A stretch of 64,000 nt of DNA from Isosphaeraceae bacterium (GTDB lineage: Bacteria > Planctomycetota > Planctomycetia > Isosphaerales > Isosphaeraceae). Below the pieces are notes generated by a model. The model was not told where the DNA came from, did not search any database, and was given only the letters and a program-made list of their open reading frames with translations. How positions within the stretch are numbered: position 1 is the stretch's first letter; every line of letters begins with the position of its first letter. This document shows positions 9,919-19,929 of the stretch, piece by piece. The stretch is taken from positions 62,001 to 126,000 of the forward strand of contig CBDAVP010000005.1 of assembly GCA_965201075.1 (NCBI GenBank), in the 5' to 3' direction. Made by a program: the position numbers and the translations under genes.

Positions 9919-10464
9919 ATGTCTCGCTTCGAAATCAGATTGAGCGTCGCGTGCCTACTCCTGACGATTGGCGCCTCGACGGGCCAGGCTCAGGGTTTCG
10001 GCAATGGCGGCGTCTTCAACGATCCTTACTCACTCTACTACGGCCTCTTCCTGCCTCGGCAGGCGGCGATCGCCTCGCAGACGACCTCGACCGACATCAT
10101 TGGCGCGGCCGCGGTTAATCGACAGGACAGTATGCTTGAGGCCGAACGCAATGGGGCTCTGTTCGGCGACATTCAGCAGTTCGGCTCTGAAGATCTCGAC
10201 CCCTCGACACCCCTGGGCGGACGCAATCGCCAGCGACATAATCGTGTGGCGCTTCACCAGCAAACCGGCAAAGGGTCGCATGGACCGGCCAAGTACTACG
10301 GGATGTCCAACGGACTGGCCCGCTATTACCCCAATCTCAAGACCGGGATGACGGCCAATCGCAACACGGCGATGACGCGTGGCACCTTTGGCCAATCGGG
10401 TCGTTCCGGAATACAGGGGACCTCGGTCAATCAAAGCCTGGGTAATTCGGGCGGTTATCGCTGA
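9919..10464 (+). CDS. Secreted hypothetical protein
   Basis: AAGGA RBS; signal peptide ending AQA-like (GQA-Q); Gly/Tyr-rich low-structure body. Confidence 0.65.
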   Translation: MSRFEIRLSVACLLLTIGASTGQAQGFGNGGVFNDPYSLYYGLFLPRQAAIASQTTSTDIIGAAAVNRQDSMLEAERNGALFGDIQQFGSEDLDPSTPLGGRNRQRHNRVALHQQTGKGSHGPAKYYGMSNGLARYYPNLKTGMTANRNTAMTRGTFGQSGRSGIQGTSVNQSLGNSGGYR

Positions 10465-10508
10465 ATCCACGCGGTTCAACCGTCACTGGCGCGGGCGGAG
10501 GGTCGGAA

Positions 10509-11012
10509 ATGGGCTCGAAGCCAGACTTCCCCAATCCCCTCTTGACGGCCGAACTCGTCGCTTACCTCGATGGCGAGCTCGCTGATCCCGAGGCGCAGGT
10601 GATTGCCCGCCGGGCAACTGCGGATGAGGAAACGCGTCGAGAAGTCGACGCCCTCCGCGAAACCTGGGGGTTGCTGGATCACCTCCCCCTTGCCCGGGCC
10701 GATGAGGATTTCGGAACTCGAACCTTGACGGCCCTGCGTGTTGACGAGGGAAAATCCTCCGCCTCCACGGGGCTCGCCTCGGGAACGAGCTCCGAGAGGG
10801 TTCGTCGCTGGCAAGTGGTGAGTCTTGCGGTGATAGTCTTGGCAACAACGGCGCTGAGCACCTGGCTGACCGGGCGGGTTTGGCCTGGGCGGGACACACG
10901 CCTGGTCCGCAAACTTTCCCTGGCCGAGCACCTGGACGACTATCGAGTCGTGGGCTCGATCGAATTCCTCCGCTGGCTGGATGAGTCCGACACCTTCGAT
11001 GATGCCGAATAG
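10509..11012 (+). CDS. Anti-sigma-factor-like membrane protein
   Basis: N-terminal LVAYLDGEL...TWGLLD.LP resembles the anti-sigma domain; one TM segment; C-terminal LDDY...EFL..L. Confidence 0.65.
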   Translation: MGSKPDFPNPLLTAELVAYLDGELADPEAQVIARRATADEETRREVDALRETWGLLDHLPLARADEDFGTRTLTALRVDEGKSSASTGLASGTSSERVRRWQVVSLAVIVLATTALSTWLTGRVWPGRDTRLVRKLSLAEHLDDYRVVGSIEFLRWLDESDTFDDAE

Positions 11013-11040
11013 TCTCCGGATTCACCTAACGTTGCCGCTG

Positions 11041-12099
11041 ATGCGACGATGGCACCGAAGCCTGGCCGTTGCCGCCGCACCGTCGTTGCTGGTGGCGGCA
11101 ATGGCCGGATTGACATCGTCCGACGACTCACCGTTGGGCCGACTGCGGGCGATGCCGCTGGAACTCCGTCGAACACTCGCGGGGAATCTCGACCGCTTCG
11201 ATCGCCTGAATGCGGCCGACCGGGAGGTGATTCAGTCGCTGGACGCCGTGGTCATGTCCCGGCCGCCCGAGGAGAGGGCTCGCGACCTCGAACTGATGAG
11301 ACGCTATCGATCCTGGAGGGATGTCCAGGACGAGCCGACACGTGCCCGGCTAGACGCCGCTTCCCCTCAGGAGCGTGGGGGGCTGATCCGGTCAATCCGA
11401 GATGCCGAACAAGCCGAGGGACGCGAGGGGCGTGCCGAAGCCGTCTGGACCCTCGCCGGAGCCTTCGACCCGGTTGGACTGGGCGAGGAAGCTCAGCAGG
11501 CCGCGCTTTGGAAGATCCTGGACAGTGACCAGAAGGCCGGACTGGCCGCCTCGCCGACAGAGTGGGAACGGATGCTCCGCTCGCAGGCGCTGGCCGAGGC
11601 TCACAAGCCGCCCATTCCCTATCGAGACGTCGGTCTCCAGGCCGTCCAGTTACGAAACCAGATCCTCGCACAGTTGCGCGAGGGGAAGGTCGGAGCGGGG
11701 CTCGGCCAGTTGAAACGACTGCGGGGAATGCAGGCCCGTCACTTCCGCAATCATCCGCCGCCGATCCTCGAGACCTGGGAACTGGCCCGGTTCGAGTCGG
11801 AATTGCCCTCCTGGATTCGCGAACGACTTAGCGGTCTTCCGCCGATACCGGCCCGCCAACGCGTGGCCGCCCTGCATTACCTCGTCCACGACCGAGGCGC
11901 GACCGAAGCAGCGCCCTCTTCAAAAGAGACCAAGCCCCTGACCGCCCCGGCCGAGAAACGCAAAGGGCCCGCGAAGCCCAAGTCAGGCGAAAAAGCCAAA
12001 ACGCTCGGAAAGATCAAGGGGCAGGCGGCGCGAGCTTTCAAGGCGTCGAACCCGTCAAACGCCACGCCTCCGAAAGATCCGGCCCCGCGCGGGGAGTGA
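11041..12099 (+). CDS. Secreted helical hypothetical protein
   Basis: Signal-like N-terminus; repeated helical L..MP.E.R / W..L...Q units; Lys/Pro-rich tail. Start uncertain (10999-11041). Confidence 0.6.
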   Translation: MRRWHRSLAVAAAPSLLVAAMAGLTSSDDSPLGRLRAMPLELRRTLAGNLDRFDRLNAADREVIQSLDAVVMSRPPEERARDLELMRRYRSWRDVQDEPTRARLDAASPQERGGLIRSIRDAEQAEGREGRAEAVWTLAGAFDPVGLGEEAQQAALWKILDSDQKAGLAASPTEWERMLRSQALAEAHKPPIPYRDVGLQAVQLRNQILAQLREGKVGAGLGQLKRLRGMQARHFRNHPPPILETWELARFESELPSWIRERLSGLPPIPARQRVAALHYLVHDRGATEAAPSSKETKPLTAPAEKRKGPAKPKSGEKAKTLGKIKGQAARAFKASNPSNATPPKDPAPRGE

Positions 12100-12118
12100 C
12101 GCGACTTTGGGATCGACC

Positions 12119-13300
12119 ATGAAACCCGGGCCAGGTTCGGACGACGCGGACCGAGCCTGGATGCGGCTGGCTTTGGCGGAAGCGGAACGTGGTCGGGGTT
12201 GGGTCGAACCGAACCCGATGGTCGGCGCGGTTGTGGTTCGGGACGGGACGGTCGTCGGTCTCGGGCATCATCGACGCTTCGGCGGTCCCCACGCCGAGGT
12301 CGAAGCGTTGGCCCGAGCCGGCGACGACGCTCGGGGAGCCACGCTTTATGTGTCCCTGGAACCTTGCTGCCACTCCGGCAAAACCCCGCCATGCACCGAG
12401 GCCATCATGGCGGCCGGGATCAAACGGGTCGTGGCGGCCATGCGAGACCCCTTCCCGAGGGTTTCCGGCGGCGGATTCGCGCGACTTCGGCAGGCCGGCA
12501 TTGAAGTCATCGCGGGGGCTGAGGCGGAAACCGCCAGGAGGCTCAACGCCCCGTATTTGAAACGGCTGGCGACAGGATTGCCCCACGTCACGGCGAAATG
12601 GGCGATGACTCTCGACGGCAAGACCGCGACCGCCTCGGGCGACAGTCGCTGGATCTCAGGAGAACGGTCTCGGTCGCTCGTCCACGAGGTCCGAGGGACC
12701 ATGGACGTGATCGCCGTGGGAATCGGCACGGCCCTGACCGACAATCCGGAACTGACAGCCCGTCCGCCCGGTCCCCGTATCCCGTTGCGACTGGTGCTCG
12801 ACGGGACAGCGCGGTTGTCCCTGAACAGTCGCCTGGTCCAGACGGCCAGGGAGATTCCGTTGCTGGTGGCCGTCACTGACCGTGCCTCCATTGAGCGGGT
12901 CGAGGCGTTGGTCAACGCGGGTTGTGAGGTCGCGCGGTTTCCGGTCCAGGGGGCTGTTCCCATCCTGCCACTTCTGGAGGAATTGGGGCGTCGTGGCCTG
13001 ACCAACCTCCTGGTCGAAGGTGGAGGCGCGGTGCTGGGCGCCTTCCTGGACGCCGGACAGGTGGACGCGGTGGACGTCTTTCTCGCCCCGGCGATTGAAG
13101 GGGGAACGCATCCGTTCGGCCCTGCGCGAGGCGGCGGCGTCTCGACGATGGCAGAGGCCCTGCGACTCGTCTGGAGCGATGTCACCCTGATTGATGGCGA
13201 CGTCCGCGTCCGGGGCGCCCTGCCCCGAGCGTGGCGACAGGTCGATGAGAAGTTGCCGGGTCGCGTCCCGGGCATCGGATCGGCCGGTGTCGACGCTTGA
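12119..13300 (+). CDS. ribD: Bifunctional diaminohydroxyphosphoribosylaminopyrimidine deaminase / reductase
   Basis: PNPMVGAV, HAE, LEPCCHSGKTPPC, KWAMTLDGK, DNPELTAR, LLVEGG. Confidence 0.95.
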   Translation: MKPGPGSDDADRAWMRLALAEAERGRGWVEPNPMVGAVVVRDGTVVGLGHHRRFGGPHAEVEALARAGDDARGATLYVSLEPCCHSGKTPPCTEAIMAAGIKRVVAAMRDPFPRVSGGGFARLRQAGIEVIAGAEAETARRLNAPYLKRLATGLPHVTAKWAMTLDGKTATASGDSRWISGERSRSLVHEVRGTMDVIAVGIGTALTDNPELTARPPGPRIPLRLVLDGTARLSLNSRLVQTAREIPLLVAVTDRASIERVEALVNAGCEVARFPVQGAVPILPLLEELGRRGLTNLLVEGGGAVLGAFLDAGQVDAVDVFLAPAIEGGTHPFGPARGGGVSTMAEALRLVWSDVTLIDGDVRVRGALPRAWRQVDEKLPGRVPGIGSAGVDA

Positions 13301-13391
13301 AATGGATGCACTATCGCGGGTAGAGTCGAGATTGCTCCGGACCCGGCGAAGCGGCAGTCCGCGGGCGTCCCTCCCGCCTCGGAGCCTGCCC

Positions 13392-14072
13392 GTGTCGGAG
13401 CCTCGCCGCAGCACCCCGGCCGCCGAGAAACTAGCCCCCAAGGCGGTCATCGGTCGGGTCAGCCTGTATCTCCGCCAACTCGAACGTTTCGAGGCTCAGG
13501 GCCACACCACCGTCTCTAGCAGCCAACTGGGCGCCGCTCTGGGAATCAATGACGCCCAGGTACGCAAGGATCTGGCATTCTTCGGTCAGTTCGGCTACCC
13601 CGGAATTGGCTATCGAATCGCCGAACTGACCGTGGCCCTCCGGGGAATCCTCGGGATCGACCGCATCTGGCCGACGGCCCTGGTGGGCTGGGGCAACCTG
13701 GGCCGAGCCCTTCTGAAATACCGAGGCTTCCACGATCGCGGTTTCCAGATCGTGGCCCTCTTCGACAACGATGCCGCCAAGATCGGTCAGTGCCGTGGCG
13801 GGCTCAAGGTCCAGCCGATCGAGGAACTCGCCGAGGCCGCCGGAACCTTGAAAATCAGTCTGGCGATTCTGTGCGTACCCGCCGAGGCGGCGCAGCGGGT
13901 GGCCGATCAGGTGGTAGCTAGCGGCATCCGCGGGATCATGAACTTCGCCCCCTTCCCGCTCCACGTCCCAGAAACGGTGGGCGTCGTGGGCGTGGATCTC
14001 AGCATCCAGCTCGAACACCTGGCCTACCAGGTCCGCAATGGTGAGGGACGTGGAATCTCACGGGTCGGCTAA
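13392..14072 (+). CDS. rex: Redox-sensing transcriptional repressor Rex
   Basis: R.SLYLRQL, SSSQLG, QVRKDLAFFGQFG.PGIGY, VGWGNLGRAL, GIMNFAP. Start approximate. Confidence 0.93.
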   Translation: MSEPRRSTPAAEKLAPKAVIGRVSLYLRQLERFEAQGHTTVSSSQLGAALGINDAQVRKDLAFFGQFGYPGIGYRIAELTVALRGILGIDRIWPTALVGWGNLGRALLKYRGFHDRGFQIVALFDNDAAKIGQCRGGLKVQPIEELAEAAGTLKISLAILCVPAEAAQRVADQVVASGIRGIMNFAPFPLHVPETVGVVGVDLSIQLEHLAYQVRNGEGRGISRVG

Positions 14073-14125
14073 TGCTCGACCCCTCCCGAATCGGTCCCAG
14101 GCACCGGAAAAGACGCGAGCCGACC

Positions 14126-14845
14126 ATGAGAATCCTCCTGATCCTCATTCTCAGTTTAGGGGCGGCGACGACGTCGTCTGGCGATGAGCCGCCGGCCTCT
14201 TCGCCCAAAGCCACCATTGACGGGAACGGACCCGGCTGGCGATCCCTCACGTCCCCGGATTTTGTCGTTGTCAACGGCGAACCGGGAACCTGGACCTGGG
14301 AGGGAGACCGCGTCCACTGCTCTGGGCAGCCTGTCGGCGTGACCCGGGCGGTCAAGCCGTTGCGGAACTTTGAGTTGGTCGCCCGCTGGCGGCATCTCAA
14401 GTCCGCGGGTAACTCGGGGATCTTCGTCTGGGTCGGCGAAGAGGCTCTGCGAGACCTGAAGCCAGGGGTTCTGCCGGCCGGAGGTATTGAGGTGCAGATC
14501 CTCGACCACGGATACACTCAACAATACGAGGCCCAAACCGGCGAGAAGTCGGACTGGTTCACGACCCACGGAGACGTCTTCCCCGTCGGCACCTCGCGGA
14601 TGACGGCATTCGAGCCGAGGTCGCCCAACGGATCAAGGAGCTTTCCCGCGAAGCGCCTGAGCCTGGGGGTCGGACAATGGAATCACTATTACGTGCGGGC
14701 GATCAACGGAGAGGTCCGGCTCTGGGTCAATGGCGAGGAGGTCTCGGGAGGGACCGGCTGCGAACCCCGCTCGGGGTTCCTCTGCCTGGAATCCGAAGGC
14801 TCGCCGGTAGAGTTTCAAGGCTTGCGGCTGCGAGAATTACCCTGA
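14126..14845 (+). CDS. Secreted DUF1080 (3-keto-disaccharide hydrolase family) protein
   Basis: Signal peptide; NFELVARW, GNSGIF, IEVQILD, GQWNHY, G.LCLESEG..VEF..LR.REL. Confidence 0.88.
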   Translation: MRILLILILSLGAATTSSGDEPPASSPKATIDGNGPGWRSLTSPDFVVVNGEPGTWTWEGDRVHCSGQPVGVTRAVKPLRNFELVARWRHLKSAGNSGIFVWVGEEALRDLKPGVLPAGGIEVQILDHGYTQQYEAQTGEKSDWFTTHGDVFPVGTSRMTAFEPRSPNGSRSFPAKRLSLGVGQWNHYYVRAINGEVRLWVNGEEVSGGTGCEPRSGFLCLESEGSPVEFQGLRLRELP

Positions 14846-14884
14846 ACGCGAGCAGGCGACGAAAAGGGCAATCTGGGAAACGAA

Positions 14885-14924
14885 CAGGCCCCGGCGAGGC
14901 GATCACCGGGGCCTGCAGTTTTTT
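14885..14924 (+). terminator. Intrinsic terminator (possibly bidirectional) between the DUF1080 gene and the convergent tRNA
   Basis: Stem CAGGCCCCGG/CCGGGGCCTG (14885-14915) followed closely by TTTTTT. Confidence 0.7.
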
Positions 14925-14964
14925 GGTGCACGGCCAGATCGCGGTCGAAACCGAGATCAGGAAG

Positions 14965-15037
<73 letters not shown>

Positions 15038-15055
15038 CGCTGAGTGTTGGATCTC

Positions 15056-15084
15056 AGTGTAAAAGACGAACCTCTGGGATGCAA
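15056..15084 (-). promoter_or_regulatory. Sigma70-type promoter of tRNA-Lys
   Basis: Minus strand TTGCAT-N17-TACACT ending 18 nt upstream of the tRNA 5' end. Confidence 0.7.
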
Positions 15085-15140
15085 GACATCTCAAATCCCA
15101 TCCCGGTTCGCGCGCGATGTCCCTTTGCCGAGGCCGGCAA

Positions 15141-15506
15141 TCAATCCTCGTCACGGTGAACGGTCTCGATCGAAAACGCCGGCGAGCAAACCGCCAGGTA
15201 TTCCGCGCCCTCCGCGTCGGGAGTGCTGTAGCGAACCCATTCCCCTCTCCGGCAGATGACGGCCTGTCCACCGCGGACTTCAAAACTTCCCCCGCGATGC
15301 TCGACGCGCAGGACGCCCTTCAGCACCACCGTATACTCGTCAAAATCCGGTGTCTGGCCCGGCTCCACCCACCCCGACGGGCTCCTCATATGAGCAATGC
15401 TGAGCCCGGCATCCCCGGAATTGACACGCCCGGCATATTCGTCGATCAGCTTTGGCAAGTTACCCACCGCCTCGACCCGGGTCGGACCTTCGATCCACGT
15501 TGGCAT
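15141..15506 (-). CDS. Cupin-domain protein
   Basis: GWVEPGQTPDFDEYTVVLKG.L.V...GQAV....GEWVRYSTP cupin pattern. Confidence 0.85.
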   Translation of the reverse strand: MPTWIEGPTRVEAVGNLPKLIDEYAGRVNSGDAGLSIAHMRSPSGWVEPGQTPDFDEYTVVLKGVLRVEHRGGSFEVRGGQAVICRRGEWVRYSTPDAEGAEYLAVCSPAFSIETVHRDED

Positions 15507-15648
15507 CCGCGACCACCCTTCCCTCTCACTGGACCTCTACGGAACGCTTCCGCTCGACGAAACCCGAGTCTTGCATTCGCGCAAGGGTTGTGCAACATCT
15601 GACGAATCTCAATCGCTCAATCCACCAACGGTCCCCGGAGCCTCCCCC

Positions 15649-16227
15649 ATGCCGCGCGTCATCCGCACCGCCACCTTCGCGATGGCCATCGCCTTCGCCT
15701 GCTACCCCACCCCGACTCGCGCCGCCGAGCCCTCGGGGCCGCTTGGCTACACGGTCAAGGACATCGATGGCAAGGAAGTTGACCTCGCCAAGTACAAGGG
15801 CGACGTCATTCTGATCGTCAACGTCGCTAGCAAGTGTGGTCTGACCCCCCAGTACAAGGCGCTGGAAACCCTCTACGAAAAGAACAAGGATCAGGGCTTC
15901 ACGATCCTGGCATTCCCCGCCAACGAGTTCGGCAACCAGGAACCGGGAACCGACGCCGAAATCAAATCGTTCTGCCAGGCCAACTACGATGTCTCCTTCC
16001 CGGTCTTCTCGAAGGTTGTCGTCAAGGGCGACGGCATCCACCCCCTTTACCAGTTCCTGACCGACGCCTCGACCGACCCCAAATTCGCCGGCCCGATTCC
16101 CTGGAACTTCACCAAGTTTCTGGTCGACCGCAAGGGAAAGGTTATCGCCCGTTTCGAGCCGAAGCTGACCCCCGACTCGCCCGAGATCACCCAGGCGATC
16201 CAGTCGGCCCTGGCTCAGGCCCGCTGA
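15649..16227 (+). CDS. Secreted glutathione peroxidase family protein (Cys-type)
   Basis: Signal peptide; NVASKCGLTPQY, LAFPANEFGNQEPG, WNFTKFLV. Confidence 0.93.
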   Translation: MPRVIRTATFAMAIAFACYPTPTRAAEPSGPLGYTVKDIDGKEVDLAKYKGDVILIVNVASKCGLTPQYKALETLYEKNKDQGFTILAFPANEFGNQEPGTDAEIKSFCQANYDVSFPVFSKVVVKGDGIHPLYQFLTDASTDPKFAGPIPWNFTKFLVDRKGKVIARFEPKLTPDSPEITQAIQSALAQAR

Positions 16228-16322
16228 CCTCTCGCTAGAATGAATGTTCCCTCGGATGCCGGGAGGCTCACTTTACCCTCCCGGCGCGGTCGGAACTTGG
16301 GACCGAGCGGGGAGGACGACTC

Positions 16323-17330
16323 TTGAATCTGAACGCACCACGACGCCTGGGCGCTTCGGACGTCCACGTCTCGCCGATCATCTTCGGCGCCTGGGCCATC
16401 GGCGGCTGGATGTGGGGCGGCAACGACGAGGCCGACGGCATCGCCGCCATGCAGGCCAGCATCGACCGCGGCGTCACCACCATCGACACCGCCGCCATCT
16501 ACGGCCAGGGCCACAGCGAGGTTCTCGTCGGCCGGGCCATCCAGGGCCGTCGCGACCGCGTCCAGATCGCCACCAAGTGCGGCATGCGCTGGGATGACGC
16601 CGAGGGCGGTTCCGACCCCTGGACCACCAAGGACCTTCACGGTCGCGATATCGTCGTCAAGAAGAACGCCCGCCCCGACAGCATCGCGTTCGAGTGCGAG
16701 GAAAGCCTCCGACGCCTCGGGACCGACGTCATTGACCTGTATCAGGTCCATTGGCCCGATACCAGCACCCCCGTCGAAGACACGATGAGAGCCCTGGAAC
16801 GCCTCAAGGACCAGGGGAAAATTCGGTCCATTGGCGTCAGCAACTACGACGTTGCCTGGCTCAAGGCTGCCTCAAAGGTCGCCACCGTCGCCAGCGACCA
16901 GCCCCCTTACAGTCTAGTTCAGCGCAAGATCGAGCCGGAAATTCTCCCGTATTGTCGGCAGGCCAACATCGGCCTGATCGTCTATTCTCCCCTGGAACGC
17001 GGTCTCCTGGCCGGCACCGTGCCGCCAGAACGCGAATTCCCCCCGGGCGACCACCGCGCGACTCACAAGTTCTTCACCCCCGAGAATCGCCGCCGAGTCC
17101 TCGAATCCCTCGACAAGATCCGGCCCATCGCCGAGGCCCACGGCGCGACTCTCGCTCAGGTCGTCATCAACTGGACGATCCAGGAACCGGGGATCACCGC
17201 CGCGCTCGTTGGCGCCCGAGACGTCAAGCAGGCGGAACAGAACGCCGACGCCCTGAACTTCGCCCTCACCGCCGACCAGCGCGCCGAGGTTCGCGCCGCC
17301 TTCGACGAGACCTCCAGGGCCATGATGTAA
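16323..17330 (+). CDS. Aldo/keto reductase
   Basis: DTAAIYG, IATKCG, IDLYQVHWPD, GKIRSIGVSN, YSPLERGLL. TTG start. Confidence 0.93.
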   Translation: MNLNAPRRLGASDVHVSPIIFGAWAIGGWMWGGNDEADGIAAMQASIDRGVTTIDTAAIYGQGHSEVLVGRAIQGRRDRVQIATKCGMRWDDAEGGSDPWTTKDLHGRDIVVKKNARPDSIAFECEESLRRLGTDVIDLYQVHWPDTSTPVEDTMRALERLKDQGKIRSIGVSNYDVAWLKAASKVATVASDQPPYSLVQRKIEPEILPYCRQANIGLIVYSPLERGLLAGTVPPEREFPPGDHRATHKFFTPENRRRVLESLDKIRPIAEAHGATLAQVVINWTIQEPGITAALVGARDVKQAEQNADALNFALTADQRAEVRAAFDETSRAMM

Positions 17331-17353
17331 CCCATCGATCGGAGCCCGACCCC

Positions 17354-19495
17354 ATGCCCCCGCCTCGGTCCGCTCTCCAAGCGATGGCTCTCGCGTGGGC
17401 CCTTGCCGCGATCCCGGCGGGGGCCGCCGAGACGTTCCCGGTCGACCTCAACGACTATCGCCCCGAGTGCGGCATCTCCGTTCGGCAAGAGGACGACTCC
17501 CACCTGCGAATCTCCTGGGACCGTGGGGCCGGCGGAGACCGCGTCCACCTGGAACTCGACCTCCGGCCCGGCCATCCCCTGATCGCCCAGTTCGGCTCCT
17601 CGGCCTCTCCGCCCATCACCGACGCCGACTTCGCCACCTTCGTCACCGTGGGGACAAGGGTTGGCGAGTCGGGCCGACCGCCGGGGATGAGCCCGTTCAA
17701 CGCGTTTTTCGACTCCCCCGCCGACCGCCCTCACCAGACGTACCGGGCGGAACTCGACCGCAAATCGGTCCGCGTCGTCAGCCGGGGGCGAAGGACCAGT
17801 TTGATCCTTGGCGACGTGTCGGCCGGTCCCTTCACCGGCACCCTCCAACTGACCGCCTTCGCGGACTCTCCCCTCCTGCTCGTCGAGACGGTCTTGACCA
17901 CCAACCGTCCCGACACCGCCTACCTTTACGACACTGGGGTCGTCGCCGATCATCCCTCCTGGGAGTCGGTCGGCTGGACGGACACCGAGGGGCATCGGCG
18001 GCAGGAGCCCTTCCAGGAAACCGCCCACGATCGCCCGTTGGCCGTTCGTCATCGGCTGATCGCGGCCGGCGGTCCCAAGGGGTCGGTTGCCTGCTTCCCG
18101 CCGCCTCACCGCTTCTTCTTCGCCCGAGACTTCACCGACAACCTCAAAACCATCTGGACCGGCCGGGGCCATCAAAAACTCGAACCGCGACCCGGCTTCG
18201 GCGTTCGCCAGGCCGAATCCGGCGGCGGCCGGTTCAGCCCCTGGTACAACGCCCCGCCAGGGACCGAGCAACGCCTCGGCGTCTTTTACCTGATCGGTTC
18301 CGAAGCTCCCGAATCGGCCGCTCAGGACGCCCTCGCGTACACCCACGGCGATCACTTCCCCGAACTACCCGGATACCGCGTCTTCACAAGTCACTGGCAC
18401 CTTGCCTCGGCCGTCGCCGCTCAACAAGAGCAAGCCCGGGGAGGTTCCCGCACCACTCCCGAGTTCGTCGAACTCTTCCGAAAACTCGGCGTCAACCTCG
18501 TCCACCTCGCCGAGTTCCACGGCGACGGCCACCCCCAGGACCCCGGCCCGCTCCGCCTGCCCGAACTCGCGACGATGTTCGACGAATGCAAGCGCCTCTC
18601 CGGCCCCGACCTCCTCTTCCTCCCCGGAGAGGAGGCCAATGTCCACCTCCGCGCCGACCCACCCAGCGGGAATCCAGGTCACTGGCTATACCTGTTCCCC
18701 CGCCCCGTCTCCTGGACCATGACCAGGGCCAAGGACCAGCCATTCGTTGAGACCATCGATCCATTCGGCCCGGTGTATCACGTCGGAAATCAAGACGACC
18801 TCGCACGGCTCCTCGACGAGGAACACGGCCTGGCCTGGACCGCCCACCCCCGCATCAAGGCGTCCACCTGGGCCCCCGACGCCTATCGAAAGGCACCCCT
18901 CTACCAATCCAATCGCTGGCTCGGAGCCGCCTGGAAAGCCATGCCGGTCGACCTTTCCCGCGAACGCCTCGGGGAACGTGGGCTCGACCTGCTCGACGAC
19001 ATGAACGCCTGGGGACCACCCAAGGCCCTGCTGGGAGAGGTCGACGTCTTCAAGCTCGACCACACTCACGAACTCTACGGCCACATGAACGTCAACTACC
19101 TCCAGCTCGACCGCCAGCCCCAGTTCGCCGACGACTGGTCGCCAATCCTCGACGCCCTCCGCCAGCGACGGTTCTTCGTCACCACCGGGGAAGTCCTCCT
19201 GCGAGACTTCGTCGCGAACCGGGACACACTCCGCATCGAACTGGAATGGACCTTTCCGCTCCAGGCCCTGGATATCGTTTCCGGCGGAGGAGCGGACGGC
19301 GATCCGCCGACCCGGGAACGGATCGACCTGGCCGAAACGGGAGCCTTCGGACGCCAGACCTGGACACTGACGCCCAACTTGAAAGGACGTCGCTGGGTCC
19401 GCGTCGAAGCCTGGGACGTGGCCGGCGATGGAGCCTTCAGCCAGACGACGTGGCTCGATCCTGTTCCCAACGCCGGCCCGCCCATCTCACCCTAG
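17354..19495 (+). CDS. Large secreted protein with C-terminal PHP-like metallohydrolase motifs
   Basis: Signal peptide; His-rich motifs SHWH, HLAEFHGDGH, GEEAN, GHW, AHPR, GEVD; FVTTGEV. The ORF-track extension to 16751 overlaps the AKR gene and is ignored. Confidence 0.7.
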   Translation: MPPPRSALQAMALAWALAAIPAGAAETFPVDLNDYRPECGISVRQEDDSHLRISWDRGAGGDRVHLELDLRPGHPLIAQFGSSASPPITDADFATFVTVGTRVGESGRPPGMSPFNAFFDSPADRPHQTYRAELDRKSVRVVSRGRRTSLILGDVSAGPFTGTLQLTAFADSPLLLVETVLTTNRPDTAYLYDTGVVADHPSWESVGWTDTEGHRRQEPFQETAHDRPLAVRHRLIAAGGPKGSVACFPPPHRFFFARDFTDNLKTIWTGRGHQKLEPRPGFGVRQAESGGGRFSPWYNAPPGTEQRLGVFYLIGSEAPESAAQDALAYTHGDHFPELPGYRVFTSHWHLASAVAAQQEQARGGSRTTPEFVELFRKLGVNLVHLAEFHGDGHPQDPGPLRLPELATMFDECKRLSGPDLLFLPGEEANVHLRADPPSGNPGHWLYLFPRPVSWTMTRAKDQPFVETIDPFGPVYHVGNQDDLARLLDEEHGLAWTAHPRIKASTWAPDAYRKAPLYQSNRWLGAAWKAMPVDLSRERLGERGLDLLDDMNAWGPPKALLGEVDVFKLDHTHELYGHMNVNYLQLDRQPQFADDWSPILDALRQRRFFVTTGEVLLRDFVANRDTLRIELEWTFPLQALDIVSGGGADGDPPTRERIDLAETGAFGRQTWTLTPNLKGRRWVRVEAWDVAGDGAFSQTTWLDPVPNAGPPISP

Positions 19496-19911
19496 GCCGT
19501 CGCTCGTCGGTTTCGCATCGACGGCGCGACCTTGGTTCCCCGCTCGCCCCGCGCCAGTGGGCGATACTCCTCGGAATCAACGGCAATCAGAGCGATCCGG
19601 CCCAGGGCATCATAATGAACGCCCCAACCGTAAGACTTCGGTAACGGCGAGGCTCGCAAACACGGGTGCGGCTTCGAGAAGAACTCCGCCCGGATCGCCT
19701 CGCCCCGCGCCGCCAGTTCGTCGTCTTTGATCCCCTTGTGACGGACATGGACGGCGAACAGCAACTCCTCGTGGGTGAAGCGATAGGGGTTCTCGGTCAG
19801 CAGGGCGTACTGGATCGACGCGACGGTCTCCCGGCCGCCCCGCGACGTCGGCACGACGCCCCGGGTGGCCGGGCAGTCGGCCGCCACGAGCAAGAATGTG
19901 TTGGCATCCAC
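19492..19911 (-). CDS. DUF6157-like protein
   Basis: NTFLLVAADCP, QY.LL..NPY.FT.EELLF, FFSKP.PCLRASPL.K.YGWG.HYD..GRIA. Confidence 0.75.
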   Translation of the reverse strand: MDANTFLLVAADCPATRGVVPTSRGGRETVASIQYALLTENPYRFTHEELLFAVHVRHKGIKDDELAARGEAIRAEFFSKPHPCLRASPLPKSYGWGVHYDALGRIALIAVDSEEYRPLARGERGTKVAPSMRNRRATA

Positions 19912-19929
19912 CCGCCTCGTCCCCTCTCG

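Noticed and set aside
15820..15850. Possible selenocysteine in the glutathione peroxidase
   Set aside because: The active-site codon is TGT (Cys) and there is no in-frame TGA.
16751..17353. N-terminal extension making a 914-aa ORF
   Set aside because: It overlaps the aldo/keto reductase in another frame and is Arg/Pro-rich noise. The signal peptide begins at ATG 17354.
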